Below are positions 9,112-18,261 of a DNA stretch of 53,638 nucleotides, one piece after another. The notes beneath the pieces are model-generated. The model was not told the origin of the DNA. It worked only from the letters and a program-made list of their open reading frames with translations, and made no database searches. The stretch spans positions 1 to 53,638 of the forward strand of contig VFJJ01000103.1 in the NCBI GenBank assembly GCA_009886115.1, written 5' to 3'. This DNA is from Actinomycetota bacterium. GTDB lineage: Bacteria > Actinomycetota > Acidimicrobiia > IMCC26256 > VFJJ01. Numbering within the stretch: the stretch's first letter is position 1; every line of letters starts with the position of its first letter. The position numbers and the translations under genes were made by a program.

Positions 9112-9897
9112 CTACCTGTCGTCGCGCTGCGCCTGGCGACTGCGCCATGCGGCCACCGCTGCTGGGTAGTCGGGGAGCTCCCGCGAGATGGCCTCGTAGG
9201 CGAGCGAGACGTCGAGGGTCTGCTCGACCATCCAGCGCACGTATCGGTTGACGGCCATCTTGGTGGCCCGCGCCGCGTAGGCGGGCTGCGCGGCGAGGCT
9301 CCGGGCCAACTCCTGGGCGGCCGCAGCCAGCTCCCCCGCCGGGAGAGCACGGTTGACGAGACCCATGGAGGCGGCCTCGGTGCCGGTGACGTTCCGGCCC
9401 GACAGCAGCATCTCCTTGGCCCGATGGGGTCCGATCACGATCGGCAACACGACTGCCGCGCCGTCGCCGGCAACCAGGCCCAGGTTCACGTGGGGATCGC
9501 CGATCGTGGCGTCGTCGGCCATGAGGACGATGTCGCACAGCAGCGCGATGGTGAGGCCCATCCCGATCGCCGGGCCGTTCACCATGGCCACCATGGGCTT
9601 CTCGACCTCGAGCATGCGGTGGACGAGGTGCCAGCCCCGCCGGTTCACACGGGGATCGTGCTTGGTACCGAACGAGCGCACGTCGCCACCGGCGGTGAAG
9701 GCCCGCCCGGCGCCGGTGAGCACGATGGCGCCCGTCGACTCCTCGAGATCGACTCGGCGAAGGGTTTCCATGAACAGCTCGACCGAGTCGGGATCGAGCG
9801 CGTTGAGACGCTCGGGCCGGTTGAACGTGATCGTGGAGACCGCATCCGCGTGCTCGACGAGAATCGTGGGCTCCTCGGTCCGGACTTTGGCTGTCAC
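9112..9897 (-). CDS. Enoyl-CoA hydratase/isomerase family protein
   Basis: ITFNRPERLNAL, GRAFTAGGD, KPMVAMVNGPAIGMG, PHVNLGLVAGDG. Confidence 0.93.
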   Translation of the reverse strand: MTAKVRTEEPTILVEHADAVSTITFNRPERLNALDPDSVELFMETLRRVDLEESTGAIVLTGAGRAFTAGGDVRSFGTKHDPRVNRRGWHLVHRMLEVEKPMVAMVNGPAIGMGLTIALLCDIVLMADDATIGDPHVNLGLVAGDGAAVVLPIVIGPHRAKEMLLSGRNVTGTEAASMGLVNRALPAGELAAAAQELARSLAAQPAYAARATKMAVNRYVRWMVEQTLDVSLAYEAISRELPDYPAAVAAWRSRQAQRDDR

Positions 9898-11072
9898 GGT
9901 GCTCCTCGGGGGCTGGGGTCGCGGGGGCTGGGGTCGCGGGGGCTGGGGTCGCGCGGCAGACCCAGGACCTGCTCGGCGATCGTCGTTCGCTGGATCTCCG
10001 AGGTGCCGGCGAAGATGGTGCAGGCCCGGTAGTAGAGGTAGTCGCGCTCGCGCTTTCCTCCACTGAGAGCGGCCGCCGGGCCGAGCATGCGCAGCGACGT
10101 CTCGTGCATCCGTTGGGCCATCTCGCTCCAGAAGAGCTTCACGACCGAGCTGGTCGCGCCGGGGCCCCGGCCGGCATCGAGCGCGCTCAGCACCCGGTAC
10201 AGGTGCAGCCGGTAGATCAGGAGCTCGGTGTAGCCGCGGGCCAACTGTTGACGGGTGACGGGGTCGACCCGAGCGCGCCGGGCCTCGTCGAGCAACACCT
10301 GCATGAGGATCGAGTGGACGATGAGCTGGCGGGGCGAGGTCGCACGCTCGTAGCCCAGCGTCGTGCGCATGACCGCCCACCCGTTCGCCGGGTCGCCCAC
10401 CACCGAGTCGTCGGGCACGAAGGCGCCGTCGAGGAAGACCTCGTTGAACTCCGACTCGCCGGTGAGCTGACGCAGGGGTCGCACGTCGATCTCCGGCTGG
10501 TCCATGTCGAGCAAGAAGTATCCGATGGGCGCCCGAGCCCGCTCGCGCTCGGCGGTCCGGGCCAGCAGAACGCCGAAACCGGAGTACTGGGCGTTGCTGG
10601 CCCACACCTTCTGCCCGCTCACCCGCCAGCCTCCGGGCACCCGCGTGGCTTTGGTGCGCAGCGAACCGAGGTCGGAGCCCGCCTCCGGCTCGCTGAAGAG
10701 CTGGCACCACAGGTCTTGCGCCGTCACGATCCGGTGGAGGTGACGAGCGCGCTGCTCGGCGGTGCCGTGCTCGAGGAGCGTGGGGCCCACGAGGTTCACG
10801 GCCACGCGGTTGACGATCTCGGGCGCTCGGGCCAGCGCCAGCTCCTCCTGCACGATGAACGCCTCGGTCCAACCGAGATCGCGCCCGCCGAAGGCGCTCG
10901 GCCAGTGCACGGCAACCAGGCCGGCGCTCGCCAGCTCGGCCTGCCAGGCCCGTTGACGCTCGACGAGCTCCCGTCCTGCCATGAGGGTCTCGGGGGCGGG
11001 GGCGTGCTCGGCCAACCAGGCTCGGACCTCGCTGCGGAACGCATCCTGGGCCGGCGAGAAGTGGAGGTCCAC
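9894..11072 (-). CDS. Acyl-CoA dehydrogenase
   Basis: WCQLFSEPEAGSDL, GQKVWAS, FNEVFLD, TIFAGTSEIQR; C-terminal (PRDPS)3 tail. Confidence 0.95.
   Translation of the reverse strand: MDLHFSPAQDAFRSEVRAWLAEHAPAPETLMAGRELVERQRAWQAELASAGLVAVHWPSAFGGRDLGWTEAFIVQEELALARAPEIVNRVAVNLVGPTLLEHGTAEQRARHLHRIVTAQDLWCQLFSEPEAGSDLGSLRTKATRVPGGWRVSGQKVWASNAQYSGFGVLLARTAERERARAPIGYFLLDMDQPEIDVRPLRQLTGESEFNEVFLDGAFVPDDSVVGDPANGWAVMRTTLGYERATSPRQLIVHSILMQVLLDEARRARVDPVTRQQLARGYTELLIYRLHLYRVLSALDAGRGPGATSSVVKLFWSEMAQRMHETSLRMLGPAAALSGGKRERDYLYYRACTIFAGTSEIQRTTIAEQVLGLPRDPSPRDPSPRDPSPRGAP
9907..9953. repeat. 15-bp tandem repeat x3 (CGGGGGCTGGGGTCG)
   Basis: Directly visible at the ACAD 3' end. Confidence 0.9.
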
Positions 11073-11174
11073 CGGGCGACCGTAGGTGAGGCCCGATCTT
11101 GACGCCAAGCTCGCCCGACACCGAAGATGCCCCGCTCCCCCTCACGGACCTTCGAGGGAGCGCCGGGAGGTTCC

Positions 11175-11969
11175 ATGTCGAGCACGCCCACCTATTCCGA
11201 CCGGTGGGAGACGATCCACTTCGAGCGCCGTGACGGCATCCTCGAGATGCGTCTCCACACAGACGGCGGCTCGCTGCGCTGGGGTGCGGGGCCCGTGCGC
11301 GACCTCCAGGAAGCCTTCGGCGCCGTCGCGGCCGACGCTGAGAACCGGGTGGTGATCCTCACCGGGACGGGCGAGGAGTTCAACGGCCCCAAGGGCAGCC
11401 CCGACACCTTCCCCCGGGCCACGCCCCGCGGGTGGGAGACGGCGCACTGGAACGTCCGCCGCCTGCTCACCAACCTCCTCGACATCGAGGCGCCGATGAT
11501 CTCGGCGATCAACGGCCCGGCCTGGCGCCACGCCGAGACGCCGCTGCTCTCCGACATCGTGCTGGCCTCGGAAACCACGGTCTTCTCCGACACCGGCCAC
11601 TTCGTGAACGGCCTGGTTCCCGGAGACGGGATGCAGCTCGTGATGCCGCTCGTGATGGGCCTCAACCGCGCCCGGTACTACATGCTCACCGGTCAGGAGA
11701 TCGACGCCCGCACGGCACTCGAGATCGGGATGGTCAACGAGGTGCTGGCGCCCGACCGCGTGCTGCCGCGGGCGTGGGAGCTGGCCGAGCAGATCGCCCG
11801 CCAGTCTCAGCTCGTCACCCGCTACACGCGGGTGGCGTTCGTGCAGACGATCAAGCAGTTGCTGGTGGCCAACCACGGCTACGGGATCATGCTCGAAGGC
11901 ATGGCGTGCATCGACGACGCCGACCGGGGCGGGGGCTACGAGCTGACCGAGCGCGCCGAGCGCGCCTAG
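11175..11969 (+). CDS. Crotonase-family protein, 6-oxocamphor hydrolase (beta-diketone hydrolase)-like
   Basis: HTDGGSLRW, NGPAWRHAETPLLSDIVLA, DTGHFVNGLVPGDG resemble the OCH subfamily; GGAGG RBS. Confidence 0.85.
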   Translation: MSSTPTYSDRWETIHFERRDGILEMRLHTDGGSLRWGAGPVRDLQEAFGAVAADAENRVVILTGTGEEFNGPKGSPDTFPRATPRGWETAHWNVRRLLTNLLDIEAPMISAINGPAWRHAETPLLSDIVLASETTVFSDTGHFVNGLVPGDGMQLVMPLVMGLNRARYYMLTGQEIDARTALEIGMVNEVLAPDRVLPRAWELAEQIARQSQLVTRYTRVAFVQTIKQLLVANHGYGIMLEGMACIDDADRGGGYELTERAERA

Positions 11970-13141
11970 CGCGAGCGGGGGAGGCCGAGGCCGGCGGTGG
12001 CGACGATGTCGCGCTGGATCTCGCTGGTGCCGCCGGTGATGGTCTCGAGCGGGGCATGGCGGACGGCTCGTTCGAAGGCGCCGCCGGCAACGGCCCCCGA
12101 GGCGCCGTCGGTCACCAGGCCTGCCGGGCCGACCAGATCGAGCAGGGTCTCGACGAGGTCCTGCATGGCCTCGGTGGTGAAGAGCTTCGTCATCGAGCCC
12201 TCGACCACGGGCACCCGGCCCTCGGCGTGGGCGGCCACGGTTCGCAGCGCGAGCAGCCGGCCCACCTCGTTGGTGACGGCGATCCAGGCCAAGCGCTCGG
12301 CCACGTGCGGATCGGCCATCCGGGGCTGGCCGCCGTCGCCGGGTGTCGTCCGGGCCCATTCGACGGCCTGCTCCAGCAGCCCGTCGCAGCGCCCGGGCAC
12401 GACCGGGAACACGCCGCGCTCGAGCGACAGCACGAGACCCATCATCGCCCAGCCGTCGTTCACCTCCCCCACCCGTGCCGTGTCGGCGACGATGACGTCG
12501 TCGTAGGACGTGACGTTGGTGCGCTCGCCGCCGAGGGTGGCGACGGGGGCCACGCTGAAACCGGGGCTCTGCGTGGGCACCAGGAACGTGGTGAGGCCGC
12601 GGTGCTTGGGAAGGACGTGGTCGGTGCGGGCCAGCACGAGGACGAACTCGGCAACCTCGGCGAACGTCGTGAACATCTTCTGGCCGTTGAGGATCCAGCT
12701 TCCGTCGTCGGCCCGGTCGGCCCGGAGTCGGGCCGCTGCGGCGTCGGAGCCCGAGTCGGGTTCGCTGATCCCCAGTGCCACGAGCGCCTCGCCGCGCACG
12801 AGACGGGGCAGCACGTCGACCCGATGGAGATCGGAGCCGACCCTCCTCAGGAGCTCGGCCACCAACATGGTGTTGAGGTAGCCCTCGAAGGGAGCGCCGC
12901 AGCGGCCGGCTTCGTCGAACAGCGGGGCAGCGCTCAGGCCGTCCCAACCCCGTCCCCCCTCCTCGGTCGGCCAGTGCGAGATCAGCCAACCTCGTTCGGC
13001 GATGGCCCGCCTGAGCACGGGATCGTCGTGGGTTCCGGTGGACCGCACGCGCTCGTGCATCTCGTCGGTGACGAGCTCGTCGAAGAGGGCTCGCACCTCC
13101 GCTCGCAGCTGCACGGCCTCGGGGCCCCACCCGAACTCCAT
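11966..13141 (-). CDS. Acyl-CoA dehydrogenase (catalytic-type subunit)
   Basis: GISEPDSGSDAA, NGQKMFTT, GGERTN, TITGGTSEIQR. Confidence 0.94.
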   Translation of the reverse strand: MEFGWGPEAVQLRAEVRALFDELVTDEMHERVRSTGTHDDPVLRRAIAERGWLISHWPTEEGGRGWDGLSAAPLFDEAGRCGAPFEGYLNTMLVAELLRRVGSDLHRVDVLPRLVRGEALVALGISEPDSGSDAAAARLRADRADDGSWILNGQKMFTTFAEVAEFVLVLARTDHVLPKHRGLTTFLVPTQSPGFSVAPVATLGGERTNVTSYDDVIVADTARVGEVNDGWAMMGLVLSLERGVFPVVPGRCDGLLEQAVEWARTTPGDGGQPRMADPHVAERLAWIAVTNEVGRLLALRTVAAHAEGRVPVVEGSMTKLFTTEAMQDLVETLLDLVGPAGLVTDGASGAVAGGAFERAVRHAPLETITGGTSEIQRDIVATAGLGLPRSR

Positions 13142-13142
13142 C

Positions 13143-14255
13143 TCAGGCCCCCCACAGCGTGCGAGCCAGGTGGCGCAGCTCGTCGGGAACCGACTGGTGC
13201 ACGAGGGTCCACGACCGGGCCCTGCGGTGGTACAGCTGAACGTCGTACTCCTCCATGAACCCGTAGCCCCCGAAGGCATGGAGCGCCCGGGTCGTCGTGG
13301 TCCGCGCCGTGTGGGCGGCGAAGGCGAAAGCCATGGAGGCCAACGCCGGGCCGCCGGGATCGCCGATGCCCAGCGCCCAGGCGGCCTCCAGCGCGAGCAG
13401 ACGAGCCCCGTCGACGGCTGTGGCCACGTCGACCAGCCCGTGGGCCAACGCCTGGAACGATCCGATCGGCCGTCCGAACTGGTGGCGCTCCTTGGCGTGG
13501 TCGACGGCCATCCGCAGGGCCTCGGCAGCCAGACCGACGAGCGCGGCCGCCTGGAGCGCGCGCCACTCGTCGAGCGCCCGGGCCGTGAGCCGCTCGGCGT
13601 CGGAGCCACGGGCGAGCTCGACCTCGAGCTCCACGACGGCGTCGGCGTCGGCCAGGACCACATCGGCGAGGGCCGGGGCGCCCATCCCCGGCTGGGGAAC
13701 CGGGCTCGACGATCGCACGAGCACCAGGGTGTCGTCGACGGTGACGATCACCGACGGGACGACCGCCGCCCAGGGGACGAGCCGAGCGACGCCGTTGACC
13801 GCGGGCCGGAGCGCCATGGTGACGGGAGCGTCGCGCTCGACCAGCGCCGCCAGAGCCGCCAGCGCCCGGCCGGCAGCGGCACCGGCAGCGGCACCGGCGA
13901 AACCCGCACCCGCGCCGTCGGCACCGGCGAAACCCGCACCCCCGCCGTCGGCACCGGCGGCGGCGGCCAGGAGACGCATCGCCACCGTCGCCTCCACGAG
14001 CGGTGCCGACCCCAACCAACGACCGTGCTGCTCGGCCACCAGCGCGGCGTCGAGCAGGGTCCCACCGCCGCCGCCATGCCCAGCGTCGAGCGCCACCGTC
14101 GGACCGCCGACGGCGACGAGCGCCCCCCACAGATCGGCGTCGTAGCCGAGGGGCTCGGCGGCGCGCACCCGGGCCGCCGTCGACTCACGGGCGTAGAACA
14201 TGGCGAAGGCCTCGGCCACGGCCAGCTGGTCAGCATCGAGCGTGAGCCGCATCAC
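13143..14255 (-). CDS. Acyl-CoA dehydrogenase (divergent partner subunit)
   Basis: AKERHQFGRPIGSFQALAH, LHAFGGYGFMEEYDVQLYHRRA; no SEP..GSD motif; Ala/Gly repeat insert at 13870-13960. Confidence 0.9.
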   Translation of the reverse strand: MMRLTLDADQLAVAEAFAMFYARESTAARVRAAEPLGYDADLWGALVAVGGPTVALDAGHGGGGGTLLDAALVAEQHGRWLGSAPLVEATVAMRLLAAAAGADGGGAGFAGADGAGAGFAGAAAGAAAGRALAALAALVERDAPVTMALRPAVNGVARLVPWAAVVPSVIVTVDDTLVLVRSSSPVPQPGMGAPALADVVLADADAVVELEVELARGSDAERLTARALDEWRALQAAALVGLAAEALRMAVDHAKERHQFGRPIGSFQALAHGLVDVATAVDGARLLALEAAWALGIGDPGGPALASMAFAFAAHTARTTTTRALHAFGGYGFMEEYDVQLYHRRARSWTLVHQSVPDELRHLARTLWGA

Positions 14256-14383
14256 CGACCAGCCACGGCGAGGCGCTCGCGGTCGAGCCCGGCGCGTGTG
14301 TGCCTGCCCCCGGTCGCCTGGCCCCCGGTCGCCTGGCCCGGGGGCACCGGGGGCGTGGAGGGTGTGGGGTCGGGATCAGCCAT
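14252..14383 (-). CDS. 43-aa linker mini-ORF (hypothetical) coupling SDR to ACAD
   Basis: ATG 14383 overlaps the SDR end (ATGGCTGA); TGA 14252-14254 overlaps the GTGATG of ACAD. Confidence 0.4.
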   Translation of the reverse strand: MADPDPTPSTPPVPPGQATGGQATGGRHTRAGLDRERLAVAGR

Positions 14384-15182
14384 CGAGGTGCCCGACCGGG
14401 TAGGGGAACGACTGGTGCCCGCCGCCGTCGACCACGAGCACCTGACCGTTCACGAACGAGGCCAGGTCGCTCACCACGAACAGCAAGCTCCCGGCGATGT
14501 CGGCCGGCTCAGCCATGCGGCGCAAGGGAACGGCCTGGGTGATGGATTCCCTAGCTTCAGCGTCGAGCACCTCCAGCATCCGGGGCGTCGTGGTGCCCGC
14601 CGGGGCCACGGCATTGACGCGGACCCCGCGGGGGCCGAGCTCGACGGCCGCCGAGCGCACGAGCGACATCAGGCCGGCTTTCGCCGCGCCGTACGCCGCG
14701 TGCAGGGGCGAGCTGGTGAGTCCGCTGATCGACGCCACGAATGCCAAGACGCCGCCGCCGCGCTCGGCCAGCGCCCCGCCACCGATCTGCGCGACCAGGA
14801 AGGCCTGGCGCAGCACGAGATCGAAGGTCCACTCCCAATCGTCGTCGGTCGTCGAGAGGAACGCGCCGAACCGGGACGCGCCCACGATGTCGACGATGCC
14901 CTCGATCGTCCCGAACGTCGAGACGACCTCGGCCACGATCCGCTCGACCTCGGCGCGCTCGCGCACGTCGGCCACGCAGGCGACGCCACCGACCTCGTCT
15001 GCGATCTCCCGGGCCCGCTCGGGGTGGCTGTCGACGCACAGGAGCCGGGCCCCGGCCTGGGCCAGGGCGTGCGACGTCTGGCGCCCGATACCCCGGCCGG
15101 CACCGATGACCGCAAACGCCCGGCCGTCGAGGCGCAGCCGGCTGAGGTAGTCGGGGACCGGGCTGTGGTCGCCTGTCGTCAT
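14376..15182 (-). CDS. SDR family oxidoreductase
   Basis: GAGRGIG, ASISG, YGAAK, VRVNAVAP, GQVLVVDGG. Confidence 0.95.
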   Translation of the reverse strand: MTTGDHSPVPDYLSRLRLDGRAFAVIGAGRGIGRQTSHALAQAGARLLCVDSHPERAREIADEVGGVACVADVRERAEVERIVAEVVSTFGTIEGIVDIVGASRFGAFLSTTDDDWEWTFDLVLRQAFLVAQIGGGALAERGGGVLAFVASISGLTSSPLHAAYGAAKAGLMSLVRSAAVELGPRGVRVNAVAPAGTTTPRMLEVLDAEARESITQAVPLRRMAEPADIAGSLLFVVSDLASFVNGQVLVVDGGGHQSFPYPVGHLDG

Positions 15183-15212
15183 GGCGTCCCCGGCGTCATC
15201 GCGTACCCGAGG

Positions 15213-15662
15213 TCACGACGGGTCTGCCTCCGGGTGACGTTCCATGACGCCGAGGGTGATCCGCATCCCGTGGACCGCCGGGAGCACGCGCTCCTCCAGA
15301 ACCGCCCACTCCTCGCTCCACGGCCGTCGGCCGGTGTAGACGAGACGGTCGATCACCTCGACGCCACGACCGGCCACGCTGGCCTCGGCGACGTCGAGGT
15401 CGGCCACCACGTACACCACCGTGTAGACGCCCTCGCCGTTGCGCGCGAGGAAGTCGAGGAACTTGGCCGGACCCTCGCGGGACGGGGCGACGACCTCCAC
15501 CCCGTTGTCCAGCGAGAACGCGACGCGCAGGCCGCCATCGTGCATGTCGAGGCGCTCGAAGACGACACCGAGCGCTTCGCTCCACAGGGCGACGGCGTCG
15601 TCGAACGACTCGTCGTGCACGCAGTACACGACATGGCTGAGACGGTCGACACGCGGGTTCAC
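15213..15662 (-). CDS. VOC (glyoxalase/methylmalonyl-CoA epimerase-like) protein
   Basis: RLSHVVYCV...EVVAP...FLARNGEGVYTVVYVVADLD. Confidence 0.82.
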   Translation of the reverse strand: MNPRVDRLSHVVYCVHDESFDDAVALWSEALGVVFERLDMHDGGLRVAFSLDNGVEVVAPSREGPAKFLDFLARNGEGVYTVVYVVADLDVAEASVAGRGVEVIDRLVYTGRRPWSEEWAVLEERVLPAVHGMRITLGVMERHPEADPS

Positions 15663-15663
15663 C

Positions 15664-17214
15664 TCAGGTCGCCTCCTTGGTCGGCGAGCACCCGAGCGCC
15701 CGAGCGCGCAGATCAGCCTTGAGCACCTTGCCGACCTGGTTGCGCGGCAACTCGTGTACGGCGATCCACTGCTCGGGGATCTTCTGGATCATCAACCCGC
15801 TGTCGCGCAGATGCCTCGTGAGCTCGCCCACGGGCAGCGGACCCGACGGGTCGGCCGGCACCACCACAGCGCAGCAGCGTTCACCGCTCTCGGGATCGGG
15901 TAGTCCGATCACCGCGACTTCACGGACGGCTGCGTGCTCGAACAGGAGATCCTCGATCTCCTTGGCGCTGATGTTCTCTCCCTTGCGGATGATCACATCC
16001 TTGAGCCGCCCGACGATCTGCAGGTAGCCGTCGTCGTCCTGACGGGCCAGGTCGCCGGTTCGGAAGAACCCCGCCTCGTCGAAGGCCGCGGCGTCGAGCG
16101 CACGATCGACGTAGCCCGAGAACAGCAATGGCCCCTTGAGGCGGAGCTCGCCGGTCTCGCCGGGGGTGCCGGGGACGCCCGGGGCGCCCGGGGCGCCGAG
16201 GGCGACATCGCGCCCGGCGGCGTCGACGAGGCGGATCTCCATGCCCCGCACCGGCCGGCCCTCGGTCAGAGCCCGCTTCTCGTCGGGGGCCGAGAGCGGG
16301 GTGCACACCGCCAACGGGCACTCCGTGAGCCCGTAGTTCGAGTAGAGGCCGGCGCCCATCACCTCGGTGAGCCGATGGTGGAGGTCGGGGCTCTTGGGCG
16401 CGCCGCCGTTGGTGTAGCCCCGGGCTGCGGGAAAGATCCGGGTTCCCGGACGGCGGCGTTGCTCGTCGATGTAGGCCAGGTGGAAGACCTGCGACACGCC
16501 GGGCAGAGTGACGCCCTCGCGCGCCAGCACCTCGATGACGGTCGCCGGCTGGAAGTGCTCGACAAGGATGCTGGCCGCCCCGGTGAGCAGCGTGCAGCCG
16601 TGGACGATGACGCCGCCGATGTGGGCGATGGGAAACACGATCGGCAGACGGTCGGCGGCCGTGAGGCCGATGGCTTCGACGTAGGCCCCGGCCGCGGCGT
16701 GGAGCGAGGCGTCGGTGTGGCGGGCCCCCTTGGGCTCGGCGGTCGTGCCCGAGGTGTGGAACACCCAGCGGGGGACCGATGCCTCGACGGGCGGCGGCGG
16801 GAGCCGGTCGGGATCGGAGCGGGGAAGCTCGTCGCGCTCGATCACCAGCGTGCACGCCGCCCCAGCGTGCAGGTCGGCCGATGCCGCCGTCACGATCGAG
16901 AAGGCGGCGCCGGTGCTGCGCAGCGCGTGGTCGACCTCACGGGCACGGTAGATGGGCAGCAGCGGCACCTGCACCACCCCGAGGCGGGCCAGCGCGCTGA
17001 ACACGACGACGGTCTCGATCCACGTCGGGAGCTGCCAGGCCACGGTGTCGCCGGGTCGCACCCCGAGCTCGTGGAACCCAGCGGCCACCTCTACGGCGGC
17101 GGCGGCGAGCTCGGCGAACGTCAGACGCTGGGCGCGTTCGTCGACCAGGCACAACCGATCGGGCGTGGCGGCCACGCGCTGCTCGAGCAGGTCCCACCAC
17201 GTCGATCGGTCCAC
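15664..17214 (-). CDS. AMP-binding acyl-CoA synthetase (cyclohexanecarboxylate-CoA ligase-like)
   Basis: HTSGTTAEPKG, YGLTE, FRTGDL, GRLKDVIIRKGENISAKEIE, GKVLK. Confidence 0.93.
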   Translation of the reverse strand: MDRSTWWDLLEQRVAATPDRLCLVDERAQRLTFAELAAAAVEVAAGFHELGVRPGDTVAWQLPTWIETVVVFSALARLGVVQVPLLPIYRAREVDHALRSTGAAFSIVTAASADLHAGAACTLVIERDELPRSDPDRLPPPPVEASVPRWVFHTSGTTAEPKGARHTDASLHAAAGAYVEAIGLTAADRLPIVFPIAHIGGVIVHGCTLLTGAASILVEHFQPATVIEVLAREGVTLPGVSQVFHLAYIDEQRRRPGTRIFPAARGYTNGGAPKSPDLHHRLTEVMGAGLYSNYGLTECPLAVCTPLSAPDEKRALTEGRPVRGMEIRLVDAAGRDVALGAPGAPGVPGTPGETGELRLKGPLLFSGYVDRALDAAAFDEAGFFRTGDLARQDDDGYLQIVGRLKDVIIRKGENISAKEIEDLLFEHAAVREVAVIGLPDPESGERCCAVVVPADPSGPLPVGELTRHLRDSGLMIQKIPEQWIAVHELPRNQVGKVLKADLRARALGCSPTKEAT

Positions 17215-17449
17215 GGCAGCAGTATTGCTTGATTCCTCGCCTGTCGGCAGCTGTCAGCTCAGCTCGGTCTTCCTCGAAGGTACGGAAGCCGTGGCCGCCG
17301 CGTTTGACGTTCTACCTGGCCGAACGCGCCGAGCTTGCGGGCCTTCTCGACCACTGGGACGCCCCGCGCGTCCGCCTCTTCGCGACAACCCTGCAGCCCC
17401 GTCTGGTGACCCCTACCGGCTGATCCTTGCCCAAGACACGCTGGGGATC

Positions 17450-18241
17450 GTGCCGAGCATTCAGGAGAACGTTGTCGACCCCCAGGCGACCATCGACGCG
17501 CTCCGGAACCTCGCGGCCGACAACCAGGTTGTCATCGGCATCGGGGCCGAATTCGCCGAGGCCGGAGTCGTTGTCGCCCCGCAGTTCCCGGACGTCGAGT
17601 TCATGATCATCAACGGTCAGACGTCGGACGCTCCCAATCTTCACGTGTACGGGATCCGTCAGGGCGTACCCGCCTACGTGGCGGGCGTGCTCGGGGCGTC
17701 GCTGACGACGGTGAACAAGGTGGGCTTCGTGGGTGGGGGCGAGATCCCTCCGACCACGCAATCGGCTGATGCTTGGGCGGCAGCCATCGAGACGAGCAAC
17801 CCCGACATCGAGAACGCGTCGACGATCACCGGCGACTTCAACGACGCAGCTCTGGCCAAGGAAGCGACCGCGGCCCAAATCGCCGGCGGTGCCGACGTGA
17901 TCTTCGGCTTCCTCGACGCCGCGCTTCCTGGTGCCATACAGGCGATCGACGAGTCGGGCTCCGAAGTGCTGATCTTCGGTGTAATCTTTCCCCGGTGTGA
18001 GGAGTTCCCACAGATCGTTGGCACGGCGTTGTTGAACTCCGGGAAGCTCGTTCTCTCGATGATCGAGGACTACATCGGGGGGACGATCCCTGCTGTGCCG
18101 CTCTTCTACGGATTCGAAGACCCCGATATCCAGAGTTTCCAGCTCTGCCCAGGGTACGACACACCCGAAAACCAGCAGATCGTCGACGACACGACGGCCG
18201 GGATCCTCGACGGTTCGATCGCGCTCCCTGCGGGCGTCTGA
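17450..18241 (+). pseudogene. BMP family ABC substrate-binding protein, N-terminally truncated
   Basis: AYVAGVLGASLT..NKVGFVGG, GDFNDAALAKEATAAQIAGGADVIF; no signal peptide/lipobox and no transporter genes nearby. Confidence 0.7.
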
Positions 18242-18261
18242 ACGAGCTCGCCCGACCCGAT

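Noticed and set aside
13002..15722. 906-aa plus-strand ORF and similar long ORFs (3293-5731, 11142-13130, 36356-38257, 47435-49738)
   Set aside because: Shadow frames of high-GC genes; Arg/Gly/Pro-rich with no motifs
17229..17440. Possible AbiEi-like antitoxin C-terminal fragment (LTFYLAERAELAGLLDHW)
   Set aside because: Too short and degenerate to assign without a search
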